64,000 bases of DNA from assembly GCF_001194135.2 (NCBI RefSeq), contig NC_068993.1:63756248-63820247 (forward strand). The letters run 5' to 3'. The stretch comes from Octopus bimaculoides (taxonomy: Eukaryota). A model generated the notes under the pieces. The model ran no database searches and had not been told where the DNA came from. It worked only from the letters and a program-made list of their open reading frames with translations. The translations under genes were made by a program, and so were the position numbers. This document shows positions 51,190-63,690 of this stretch, one piece after another. How positions within the stretch are numbered: position 1 is the stretch's first letter; every line of letters starts with the position of its first letter.

Positions 51190-51400
51190 TATTGACTTCA
51201 TATTTTGGCACAAGGCCTGCAATTTTGGGGGTAGGAGTCAGTGGGTTGCATCGACTCTAGTACTCAACTGGTATCGACTCCGAAAGGATAAAAGACAGAG
51301 TCAACTTCGGCGGAATTTGAACTCAGAACGTAAAGAACTGAAAGAATGTTATCCGGTGCACTAACTGCCAGTTCACGACGATTCTGCCCGTTCACTCCTT
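51190..51400 (-). mobile_element. SINE family B copy
   Basis: gagtcaacttcggcggaatttgaactcagaacgtaaag. Confidence 0.75.
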
Positions 51401-52704
51401 ATGCTAGAAATTAATATTATTAGAAATATAAGAAAATATTTATTTGATCGCTGATATTGGTAGAAAGGATGGGATCGAGACTTTTTCAGTCTCAAATTGT
51501 GCCTCCTTTAATTTTGCTCAGATTGTTTTCAATTTTGGTGTATCGATGCAACTCTGAATTTTGATTATGATCAGCCAATTACTTTATCTCGTAAATTAAA
51601 GAATCTGATGTTATTTGGAATTAAAATAGGGAATTTTGGGTAATTCTAGCCAATCAACAGACAGTGAGGCATTAACAGCTTGTTACCATGACAACCACAC
51701 GTTGTGTTGTGTTCACTTCATCCGCATCTTGTGTTGATTCTTCACACCACGAGATTTACTTCACCCGCGTGTTTCGTTTTATGTTTTGTTTTAATAAAAA
51801 ATTTATACTTATCAATTAGAATTTTATTATAGATATTCTTCGTCGATTGTCTTAATATTTTACATATTTTTCATATATAGCAAAAGTTGTTTGTCATATT
51901 CATACAGTTTCTTGGCATTATGAAGGTGAACGGAATATGTGAACTTGGTACACAACCGCACACCTACACTTCAAGCACAGTACTGGCAAAGCATCGGTGA
52001 CTCCACGACTCAGTATTGCCAAGTTTCAGGGACTCATTGACTCAGCTGGATTTATGATTTTACTAGGTTAATTCTATTCATAAACATTTAAATTAGGAGT
52101 ATTTCTTAAACTCTTAGCTTCATATGAAGAGACAAAATAAACAGTAAGATGATACATGCTGATTTTATTAGGTATTTCTGTTTATTTAGAAACCTACAAT
52201 GAACAGGTAATTTCGCAGACGCTAAACTATAAACTTCACAGGGTACAACCTTAAAGCTGACACCGCTCCGCTAAACGCAGAAAATTTCTGTCTCGCTATT
52301 GGCTAAAAATACAGTTTTTTTTTTTCGATTTTTAAACCTCTGTAACTTTTGCCTCCAATTTTTTCTCCACAACAAGCAATAAGACTGGAAAATGATATTA
52401 TTATAGCCAATTTTCAGATTTTTTACTGTCTTTAAAAAAAAATGCATATTTTGCGAATGAAGCGAGGCGGAGGTGTGGGAGAATCGCTACAGCGCCAATA
52501 AAAATGCCTTGCAAAATTTATCCTAGCATTTTATTCTGTGTTCAAATGAACTTCCACGTCAGTTATTCGCTTCACCCTTTTGTGGTCGATAAGTAAAGTG
52601 TCAGTCAAGTACTGACGTTGATGATATCAATTCATTCCCTCCCCTCAAAAACTGTTTTCTTTGTGCCTAAACCAGAAACAATTATTATCATTTAGATGCC
52701 GAAA

Positions 52705-53120
52705 GGCGACGAGCTGGCAGAATCGTTAGCATGTCATGCAAAATGCTTAGTAACATTTCGTTTATCTTTACGTTCTGAGTTCAAATTCCACCGAGGTCAG
52801 CTTTACCTTTCATCCTCTCGGAGTCGATAAAATAAGTCCCAGTTACGCACTGAGGTCGATGTAATCAACTAAACTTCCTTACCCTGAAATTGCTGGCCAT
52901 ATGCCAAAATTTGAAACCATTATTTGGATTGTGAGCTGGTAGAATCGTTAGCCGGTTGGGTAAATGCTTTGCTGTATTTCTTTTGGCACTTTACGGTTTG
53001 AGTTCAAATTCCAGCGAGATAAACTTTGCTTTCGAATTTTCGGAGAGACGATAATATAAAGTATTGATCAAGTACAGGCGTTGTTGTAATCGATTAGCCC
53101 CTCTCCTCAAAAATACTTGC
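52705..53120 (+). mobile_element. Two tandem SINE family B copies (about 52705-52920 and 52931-53120)
   Basis: Both begin gagctgg(c/t)agaatcgttagc. Confidence 0.8.
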
Positions 53121-53794
53121 TTTCTACTTAAACGAGATAGAATTTTAATCTTCAAAATTTGATAATCCTGGTTTTGTTACTTTGTAAGACAAGAAAACTT
53201 TTGAAAAGATTGTAAAATAGTAGAATTCGCAGAAAATTTCTGAAAGTAGTTACGACCAATACACTTATGCTGTGAGTGTGAGTAGGAGAATCAGAGAGAT
53301 GCGAAACAAGTGAAGAACCGATAAGGAGAAAACAATGCAGTACAACTACAGGAAGTAAAAGAAAAAGAAAAAAATGCTGTCGAGAAAAGATTAGAGAAAT
53401 ATAAAGAGGTGAACAGAAAGGGGTTTTAAAAATGGTTATAGAATCGATATGCGATAGAATTGGCTTCAATATTTCATAATGATGAAGTCCACTATCTCGT
53501 GTGAATAGAATAAATGGAAAATAGAGGGGCGTGTGCTTTAATCAGCAAATAATTTTTGTTTCTGTTAATTTGAAGAAATCGATCCCGACGGATCGATATT
53601 AATAAAGTTGTTAGAAAGTTGAAAGTAAAAATATCGGACGACGTGGATTTGAAAGAACTCAGGTTTGCTACAAAATGTTCACAACATCATTTAGAAATAG
53701 GCAAAAATAGTAAACAACACGACGAGAAAGAAAGAAAGAGTGTGAAACAGTGAGAGAGAGAGGAGGGATAGGGGGGTTGAAGATTAGTACTTAC

Positions 53795-53850
53795 CTGGTT
53801 AATGCCACATATTTTCATGTCTTTGATGTCTTCGTATGTCTTTACATCGG
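53795..53850 (-). CDS. Candidate exon of an unidentified minus-strand gene (x-DVKTYEDIKDMKICGINQ)
   Basis: ctacttttag| 56 nt |CAG-gtaagta; only one frame is open. Confidence 0.45.
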
Positions 53851-54269
53851 CTAAAAGTAGCAGAATACTCTCCAGGGTTCCCGTTACAGCAAAGCGTGTC
53901 AGAAAAGAGGGTCAGGCAGGGAAACGAGGTTTCATCATTGTCACCCTCAGCCTCACAGACCTACAGACTCCGAGATCCTAAACCTCACGCCGACAACGAA
54001 ACGCCACTGACGAATCGGTAACAGCGACTGATTGAAATCCAGTGTGACCATTTTTAAAGCCAGAGAGGAAATGGTTTGAATAATGGCGTAAAGAGGGCCA
54101 CGTTTAGGAGAGATTCACGGACGCCGAGGACGAAGATCGTTGAAAGACTTCAATGAAGAAATGTTTAGTCCTTGTCTGTTCCTTATCTCAGTCACCGGAC
54201 TGCGGTCATACTGGGGCACCGCCTTCAGAAGCATTTTAGGCGAACGAATCGACCCCAGTATTTATTTTT

Positions 54270-54570
54270 TCAACAGTGCGGTACTTATTCTATCAGCTTT
54301 GTTTACCGAACCTCTATTTAACGGGGACGTAAACAAACAAGTACCGATTGTCAAACGGTAGTGGGAGACAAACACAACCACGAAAACAAATAAGCGCGCG
54401 CACACACACACACAGGCACAACCATACATACATACGCACACACCCATACATACATACGCACACACACGGATATATATAAATGAGGCTTCTTTCAGTTTCC
54501 CTCCACCAAACCCACTCATGCAGGCACTGGTCGGCCCAAGGCTAGAGTAGAAGACATGTGTGGCCCACAT
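54270..54570 (-). mobile_element. SINE family A copy
   Basis: ttctttcagtttcc...ccaaacccactca...ggtcggcccaaggctagagtagaagac. Confidence 0.7.
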
Positions 54571-54644
54571 GAGTTTACATTTGTATCGATAAAGATGCTT
54601 CTTTAGGACCACGTGATCTGTTTGCCTTTTCCTGTTTTCCACAG

Positions 54645-54745
54645 ATTTGAAGCTGAGGTGGCTGATATCCCTTTCCCGCAGGCGGAAAGTCATTCAGCTG
54701 ACTGCGTGGCATCGTGGTTTGGTGTTTGCCTGGATTTGCGTCAGC
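54645..54745 (+). other. Exon-like segment of an unidentified + strand transcript
   Basis: ccttttcctgttttccacag| 101 nt |gtatgt; two frames are open. Confidence 0.35.
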
Positions 54746-54799
54746 GTATGTGCGAGTGATTGTGTATGTGTGTGCGTGTGTGCGAGTGTATGTGTGCGA

Positions 54800-54839
<40 letters not shown>

Positions 54840-54994
54840 ATGAGAGAGGAGATAAAAGAGAGAGAAAAAGAGAGAGAAAGTGAGAGAACGAAGTGTAGAA
54901 GACAAGAAGTACGAAGACATGTTAAGAGAAAAAAGTGAAAAAGCTGAAAAGCAGTAAATAATCTGACATTTTTTTAATACTTCATCACATTGTC

Positions 54995-55303
54995 AAAATA
55001 AAATCATCATAATCATCATCATCAACAACAGCAACAGCAATAACAGCAGCAGCAACAACAACAACAAAAGAAAAACGAAAACAGCGGCAACAACAAAAAC
55101 AACAGCAGCAACAGCAACAACAAAAGGAAAACAACAACGGCAGCAGCAGCAGCAACAACAACACCTCAGCAGCAACAGCAGCAGCAGCAGCAGCGATAAC
55201 GAAAGCAACAGCAGCAACGACGACAACCTAAATGAACGGGAACAGCTACGAAGTAAAACAGGAACGGCAACAGTGACTGTAACCATAGCAACAATAAGTG
55301 CAG

Positions 55304-55335
<32 letters not shown>
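54995..55335. repeat. Degenerate (CAA/CAG)n tract
   Basis: Seen directly. Confidence 0.9.
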
Positions 55336-55499
55336 GTAAATATTGCAGCGCGTTGAGCGAATGTCTTCGACTCTGGCCACAGTTGGACCAAATCCTGGTC
55401 AGGAAATGTTTTAGACGGACACATTACTTGTTGAAGGACATCAAGCGTTGCCTGGTTGAACACCACCAGGCACTTGGGTCCCTTTAGGAGAGTCGATTC

Positions 55500-55556
55500 T
55501 GTTGTAAACATTTAAGATAGGTTTCCGGTCTTGGCGTGCCGGCCTTCCTTCCTTCC

Positions 55557-55597
<41 letters not shown>

Positions 55598-55700
55598 CAA
55601 AAAACCGGTTGTAGCTGCTCCACCTCTAAATCGCAAAAGTAACTGTTTCTCAAATTTCGTTCTTTTATGGTTTAGACTGAGGAGGAAATATGGCGTCGAT
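55500..55700. promoter_or_regulatory. Possible promoter-like, CpG-retaining segment
   Basis: ETS-like ttccgg at about 55527, accgg motifs, aatATGGCG at 55690; relatively CpG-rich; weak. Confidence 0.2.
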
Positions 55701-57385
55701 GAGACTTTCTAAGACCGCTGAAGTTGTGGAAGGACGGGAAGAAGTTTATCCCTTAACCGGATGTCTAACCCGGTTGTTTACCATTGAGTGGACTGTACTA
55801 AAGGAACGAAAGGGCCAACGTAGGCGTTTATGTCTACCACAAAAGACGTGATCCTGTGCTTTCATCGTCCACCGAAATTAACAGAGTTTCTGGTTACGAA
55901 ATTCTTATTTGGTCAACATTAAAACTATAAAAGGAGACATGCCTCAAACTACAGCCACGCAGAGGAAATGGATCTCAAAAATCACGTGGTCATGAAGCAA
56001 ACTTGTTAAGCAAACAGCGATAGTTGTGCCCACATTAAACCATTCCAGATAGAATTGGTAGAGGTGATGCATATACTACACAATATCTCCAAGAAAGATG
56101 TCAACAAATATCAATAGAAATTCTCGATACAGCGGCCAAGAGGTGCAGTTGAGATCTGGGATGGCTCAGACTGTTGAGTTAGAAGCCAATTCGGCTGCTA
56201 TTTCTAGCACTTCGTTAATTCGTTTATCACATATCGTGGCTGATATTGCTTAGACCCAGGTCCTCAGTAAGAAAACATATGATCAAAGGCGTTCCAGCCG
56301 TGACCTTTCCAATGTTACTTCCTACCTTGTACCATTAAGCTAACGAACCACTTCGGGTACCTTTCCTGACAGTAACTCTGAGTCTGGTATGGAATTTTGG
56401 CAGAAAAATAGAAAACGGTTTCTTTTTGACTTCCATTAGTTGTATTTTTATTTTTACAAGACACCATATTGCTATTTAAAAAGAATTCTTAGAAAATAAG
56501 AGGAAAAAAAAAAAGAAAAAAGAATCGAACCTGGTATTTGACTGGCGCTTTCCGACATCTGAAATAATAAAAAAAAAAACAAAAAAAAAAATAATCAAAA
56601 TTGATCTCGGAGAGATTTGAACTCAGAACGTAAAGATCCAGAATGAAGGCTGCAAGACTTTCCACCTTCTATCAAGACAGTACAGCGCGATTTCAAGGAG
56701 ATTTTGGCTGTCATTTCCGGCAGGTCGAGTGGCAGCGTAGAAACTGATCTCGTTTGTCCGACACATAGAATATATAATATAACAAGTGATATTGTCCTTT
56801 CTTACAAATGTTGGCCTTGTGTTTCAAGTAAGAAAAAGACTGCATAAAAAAGCGTAACACAAAATAAAAACAACTGAACATTCCTTTAACAGTTACAAGA
56901 AACACTTAACACGATTATTGAACAAGTGTTACTCTTCACTGCACCAATACCTACATTAGTGAACAGAGCAGAGCAATAAACGGGCCAAGAAATCCATATA
57001 GAAACTGAAATACGTTCTCTGGCCGTTCTTTCCATGACACCCCATTACTACAGAACTACACGGCTGATTAAAGGTGCATTTATGAATGATAATGAAAAGT
57101 CTATTGAGGCACAAAAGGTAAGAATAAGAACAGAAATCATGAATAAAGAAAAACAGCAACAAATAAGCAAATGAAACTTAAAACAGCTTTCATAAAAGCA
57201 ACGATGGATGGACGGAATTGATGAGAAAGAAAAAAAAAACACACACACGCATACATATATGTGTGTACATGTGTGTGTATGTGCGTGTACGTATATATCT
57301 ATGCATACATACACATACATACATACATACATAAATACATACATATATATNNNNNNNNNNNNNNNATATATATATATATACATAC

Positions 57386-57423
<38 letters not shown>

Positions 57424-57535
57424 GCATATATATATACATATACACGGACACATACACAAATATATATGTACTACGAAATGATCATGCACACGTGTGTGTG
57501 CATGGTTGTGTCTATCTACCTACCTACCTACCTAC

Positions 57536-57579
<44 letters not shown>

Positions 57580-57766
57580 ACACACACGTACATATGCGTA
57601 CATGTATGTATACATGCATGCTTGTATGAATCTAGATAAATACGTATGTAGGTAGATAGATATGTATGGAGGCAGGTGGGGAGACAGGTAGGTACGAAGG
57701 TCGGTTCCACATCATCAGTGACGCACTCTCACCCATTCGCTGATAAGCCATTGAAACACAAACAAG

Positions 57767-57802
57767 ATGGCACAACTCAGCCGGAAAGCTGAAGTTTACA
57801 AG
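57767..57802 (+). CDS. Possible first coding exon (MAQLSRKAEVYK)
   Basis: aacaagATGGC context, in-frame upstream stop, AAG|gtaaga donor; no downstream exon was found. Confidence 0.3.
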
Positions 57803-57864
57803 GTAAGAAGGTGTGAAAAGAAGTCGAACGATGGAGAAGCTTCATTGGAAGAAGACGAAGAAGT

Positions 57865-57878
57865 TTGCATTATTATTA

Positions 57879-57952
<74 letters not shown>

Positions 57953-58090
57953 TGAGGAAGAAGAAGAAGAAGAAGAAGAAGAAGAAGAAGAAGAAGAAGA
58001 AGGAGGAGAAGAAGAAGAAGAAGAAGAAGAAGAAGAAGAAGAAGAAGAAGAAGAAGAAGAAGAAGAAGAAGAAGAAGAAGAAGAAGAAAT
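57865..58090. repeat. (ATT)n-(AGT)n-(GAA)n compound microsatellite
   Basis: Seen directly. Confidence 0.97.
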
Positions 58091-58804
58091 GGTGAAAGTG
58101 ATAAAACACAGGGGAAAGAAGGAATGAAATAAGAAGAAAGATAATGGTGAAAGAGTAAAGAGACAACAGTAAGAAAAAGGAAAAAAAAAAGAAGCAAAGA
58201 TCAAAGATCAAAGAAAAGGATAAGAATGGAATAAAAAACAAAGAAAGTCTACGAAAATGGAATGGTAAAAAAAGGGGGAGGGTGGGAGGTAAAATTATTG
58301 CGAAAGAAAAACAAAGACGGAAAGAAAGAATGAAGGAAAGGAAAGAAAAAGAAGAGCAAAAAGTTTAAGATAAACTTAGTGTAAGATAAAAAGAAGGAAA
58401 CAATTTTAAACAAAATACAACAAACGAAAAAAAGAAAGAAATGGCGAGAAAGAAAGAAAGAAAGAAAGACGAATGATAAGAAGAAGAAGACGGAGAAACA
58501 AACTAGAGAAAAAAAGGAGAGACATGTGATAAAAGAAAGACCAGAAGAAGCAGAAAGAGAAAATGTGGAAGAAGATAAGAATAAGAGAGAAGTGAAAATG
58601 GAGGAAAAAGAAAGAGAAAAAAATGGAGAAGAAAAAGACTTGAGAAAGAAGAAATTACTTTTGGGAAAATTGTAGATTAAGAAAAAGAAAGAAAGAAAAC
58701 GAGAGATGTTAATGATAACAGTTGACCCCTGCGATAAAACCAATTTTTGTCTTGCTCTCTTTTGTATGAAGGAATCTTTCGCGCGCGAATTTGCGTGCAT
58801 GTGT

Positions 58805-58874
<70 letters not shown>

Positions 58875-59263
58875 TGGGGAATGAATATCGACTGACTGCA
58901 AAAATAAAATTAATCAGAACAAAAATGACGATAAGAACAGTTGGTTCTCCGATAAAAGCAGTTGTCGAACGGAGTTTTATCTCTGCCTCTGCTGCTGCTG
59001 TGTGTCGGTGTGTGCGCGACTCTCTGCTTGCCTGTGGCTCTCAATCTGTCGACGTGCATCTATGCGTCTGTTGTGTGTTGTGTGTGTGTGTGCATGCGTG
59101 TGTGAGTCTGTATCTATGTATCTGTGTATGTGTTTGTGAGTTCTCTATGTATGTATACGTTCGTGTGGATGTATATGCAAGTGTGCATGTATGTATGTAT
59201 GTATATGTGCATGAGTAGATGTGCATATGTAGATGTGTGTGGTTGCATGTTTATGATTGACTG

Positions 59264-59299
<36 letters not shown>

Positions 59300-59618
59300 T
59301 GGCAAGCATACTTTCGCCAGCCGCACTGGAAGCGGAACGGACTCATATTCGTTGCCCCTATCTTGTACCACAATCCCCATGGAACCACATGTGAAAATAA
59401 CTAAACCTCCATACATAAGAAATCACCTATGCTTTTCCTTCTCACACACACACACGCATACACGTGCGCGCACAATGCACACTTATTGCATCATGCATAG
59501 AAAAGCTATCAGCAGGAATTCGTCGGTTGTTAGAAGAGAGAGAGAGAGAGAGAGGGGGGGAGAGAAAGAAAGGGAAAGAGAGAGAGAGAGAGAGAGAGGG
59601 GGAGAGAAAGAAAGGGAA

Positions 59619-59651
<33 letters not shown>

Positions 59652-60891
59652 GAGAGCGACAGAGAAGGAAAAGAAAAGAGAGAGAGATGTAAAGTAATCT
59701 ATATTTGTGAAACAATACAAGTTAACTTGGTGTGTCGGTTAAAACCGGTTTCTCGTTTTCGGTCTTCAGGTTCTTTTAAACATCTCATCCCCATCTGGGA
59801 TTCGAAAAGTGAAAATGCACTTTGATTCCATGCTGTAGATTGAGAAGAGCTGAACACCGAGACTGTGAAATGGTAATCCTAACGATAAGTTAATCCGTAT
59901 TGCTTCACTCCCTCCGCTTCCATTCACACACTTACTCATGCAATATGTTACTAATTATAACATCTAACTGGTCAGAATGTTACCGTCGGTTTCGTGCCGC
60001 CATTACCACGTGAAAATTTTGATGACCTTTCAGACATATTGGCCAGAAATGCATCGTCTCTTTTATGCTGAAAGTACACTGTCTCTAGATTGGTTTGATG
60101 GCACTAAAAAGTGAAATGAAAAAATTATTTTTTGTGGGGAAGAAAGAAGTTATCTTCCTCAGATTGGTTTTAGCCATGATTTAACAAAGTGATATTGAAA
60201 GAAATGCTGGAGGAGCAATATCCATGCTCCCTTTTTGTTGTCTACTTCACTTAGCTAATTCCAAGAGAGTAGTTTTGATTCTAGTACTTGATTGGTACTT
60301 TATTTATCGACCCTGAAGGGAATTAAGGAAAACGTAACCTCGATAGAATTTGATGACAGAGAACAAGAAGAAATATCTGAAGGCATTCTATTCTAAGTTC
60401 TGTCGATTAGTCTTGAGACATGCTGTTTAAACAGTACAATATCCATCACCCGTACGTACACATACATGCGAGTTACCGTCGTCTGACGACGAGGATTCAG
60501 TTGTGCGATCAACTGAATTACCTACCCCTGAAATAATGTGGTGGTTGCTGGGTATTACACGGACATGCATTCTTAATGTATTTCTCAGCCATACAGAGAC
60601 AATCTGTTGGACAGGTTTCTGTACAGTTTCAATCAAATCGATGCAATATGAGTTTACCATCCAGTCAGATTGCGCTTACATATGTATGTATGGATGAATG
60701 TAGGGATATATATATATATATATATTGGAAATATGAATCATATTTTGAAGAACCCACAAGAATAGGTGCAAGCGCTAATATTTATAAAACATGTGACATA
60801 TTAATAAAATCTGTAAATGTACACCCATCCAAATATCTGAGGACCTTATTATTTTTTCCAATATATAATTCCTGTACATCACCTCCAAACC

Positions 60892-60929
<38 letters not shown>

Positions 60930-61412
60930 TTTATAGATGAATGGAAGAATGTGTGTATGCATGTATGCATGTATGGATGAACGTATGTATGTATGTATTT
61001 TTGTATATATGTATATATGTGTGTATATAATGGTATATATTACAAACAGATGATGTAGAAATTGGTGAATGTAAAAGCGGTACATCGGGTGGATACCAGC
61101 TGCGAGGGAAAGAGTATATGGTAGTAGCACATTAAGAACGGTCACGTACAGGAATTCTTTAATGATTCCTGTCTTGCTTGGGTACCAGTTCAAACACAAA
61201 TAGTTCAATGAATGAAATCGTTCAAAGACTGGTAACTTGTATCATTGGACCGTTCTCCTTTTCGGGTAATTGAAATATAAAGTCAACTTGAGCGAGATTC
61301 GATCTCCAAATGGAAAGTCACATAATAAATAGGACAAAGCATTCTGTCCATAGTTTCGTGCGCGTGAGTGCATGTGTGTGAGAGAGAAAGGAAGGGAGGG
61401 AGAGAGGGAGAC

Positions 61413-61585
61413 AGATTCTGGCAGAATCAGGTCGGACGAAATGTTTAGAAAGCATTTCGTCCGTCTTTACGTTCTGAGTTCAAATTCTGCCGAGTTCCGC
61501 TTTGCCTTTTATCCTTTCGGGGTCGATGAAATAAGTACCCACCCCTCCCTACAAACTTCCTGGCCTCGTGTCTCTTGTAGAAAGA
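61413..61585 (+). mobile_element. SINE family B copy
   Basis: ctggcagaatc...gagttcaaattctgccgag...cctttcggggtcgatgaaataagtacc. Confidence 0.8.
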
Positions 61586-62169
61586 ATTAATATTATTATC
61601 AAAATTCTAGAATAGTTTAGACCAAGGACATCCCTAGTGGAACCTAATGGTATACAATATTCCAACGAGCCTTTTTTATTTGCAGGGTTCCTCAGATCAC
61701 ATTATGCAATGTGTGCATTTGTTTATAAGAAGTTTGGGAGATTTGGCTGTTATGTTTAGCACGTCGAATAACCACACAGGAGATTCACTGCTGACGCGTA
61801 AAGCAGAATGACAAGATGGTTATTTGGCGATGTCGCTGGAAAGATATGATAGTCTTGTGACATAAAACTTAGCATTATGTTCTTAGGAAAAGAGATATTT
61901 CAGTGTCGCTGTTGTTGTTCTTCTTCCTGTTGTTGTTGTCGAAGTTTCTTTTCTTTCTTGCATTAATTTTCCTTTATCTTTTATTCATCACTTCCCCATC
62001 ATAATTTACTATCATCATTGATGACGTAATCGATTTCTTCTTCTTCTTCTTCTTCTTCTTCTTCTTCTTCTCATTCCCCTCGCGTACCTCTTCCCAAGTA
62101 AGTAGTAAAAACAACAATAATTTAGATTTACAGTGCTGTAACATTTCGTGACATTCAGTTGAAAAGAGC

Positions 62170-62213
<44 letters not shown>

Positions 62214-62554
62214 CAACAACAACAACAACAACGACGACAACAACAACAACAGCAACAACAACAGCATTATAGATCTTACAAGTTTAGAGTTTGGAGAAAC
62301 AATAATGCCAGACCTGGAATGTCAGAGAACTGCTCTTTGAAATGTCTGGAGAAGAGATCATAAAAAAAAAGACAAAAAAATTCGAAGGAACAACAGATTT
62401 TCACTGACAGAACTATTAGTAAATCCACAACTGAGAAAGTAAAGACATCAACAATACAACAAACAAATAAAAAGGCAGTCTTACCTGGTCATTTGATTGC
62501 TAGAAATATCAGTCAAACCATCTCCTTCCATCCACTTAAATCAAGAATGACTGA

Positions 62555-62645
62555 GCTAAAATGTTCATAGGCCGACTATGAAGGAGTGATGCTAAAGCTG
62601 TGAAATCTTGCATGCATTAATTTCAGCTCTTCTTATTAATAACTG
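62555..62645 (+). mobile_element. Short 5' fragment of the same mariner family
   Basis: gctgtgaaatcttgcatgcattaatttcagctcttcttatt resembles 43521-43570. Confidence 0.55.
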
Positions 62646-63479
62646 ATTATTATTATTATTATTATTATTTTTTGGTGGGGAATAGCAAAATATTTTCAAA
62701 AGAATAATGGAGAATGAAAACCAGAAATCATAAAAAACTAAGCCAAAAGTGAGGTTATAGATGTAGAACTAAAGTAATGGCAATGAAAACTCTTCTATGG
62801 CCAACATCGGGATAAAATGGGCAGAGAAAGAAAAGAGAAAGAAAATTGCCATATTGGTTAAGAAGCACAAGTCCCCAGACTGAGACAGAAGCATTCTTGA
62901 TAGAATAGGATGAATACATTGCATCAAGAAACCAGCAAAGCATGTAATTAAATAGAATACATTAATTAATTACAGAATATTTTGTGTTGGGATTCGGCAG
63001 AAGCAATTAAAGAAATTGTCTCTCGTTGCCAAGTCTTAGCTGAAAAGAACATGTTTACAGCTTAACAGAGATGCATCTTTCATACCCTGGAAGTTATGCA
63101 ATCATTCTGAAATACCGAGAGAAAAGAAATAATTCCTGTATATAACAGAAAGGGTTTCAAACAATGGCAAAGCGACCATTTTCGGTAAATCCAAACGAAG
63201 TAACGAGAAGTACTCGGCCGTTTATTGTTATGAATGGCATCAGGAAGAGAAATGCTTCCTAATCAATATTTGACTCGCAACATCATGTATTCTGTAAGAA
63301 ATTGAAAAACGATCATAGATTGCATGGTGTATTGTCAACAGAACAGAAAATTTCAAAACTATAGAAAGCAAGGACGAGAAACAAGAATCACAGGGTTGTC
63401 CTCGGTGGGGCAGTGAAAGAATGCAAGGAAAAAAAAAGAAGAAATCTACTGAACGACAGTATCATCAACACCAACAATT

Positions 63480-63690
63480 GTTTCAAATTTTGGTACAAGG
63501 TCAGCAATGTTGGGGGGAGGGGTTAGTCGCTTATACCAGAGCTCTACTGGCACTTATTTTATCAACACTGAAAGTAGGAGAGGTAAAGTCGACCTCGGTG
63601 GAATTCTATCTCAGAACGTAATTAGTCGGAAGAAATGACGTTAAGCATTTTTGACCGACGTGCTAACGATTCTGTCAGCTCACCATCAGG
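63480..63690 (-). mobile_element. SINE family B copy
   Basis: aaagtcgacctcggtggaatt...tgctaacgattctgtcagctcacc. Confidence 0.75.

Noticed and set aside
53578-53597. Perfect 8-bp hairpin atcgatcc-cgac-ggatcgat
   Set aside because: An isolated 8-bp stem is expected by chance at this window size
54004-54045. CTGACGA...GAAA with a stem between them
   Set aside because: Extra base before GAAA and no compatible stem I, stem III or cleavage site; simply an imperfect hairpin
54993-55511. 172-aa minus ORF with a unique-looking N-terminus (MFTTESTLLKGPKC...)
   Set aside because: Two-thirds is (CAA/CAG)n translation; its best donor is phase 0 and does not match the phase-1 exon at 53850; no recognisable homology
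62475-62520. Minus-strand donor CAG|gtaagac
   Set aside because: Part of a recurrent repeat (gatttggctgctatttctagca family, also near 7790, 39980, 49975, 56185 and 61740)
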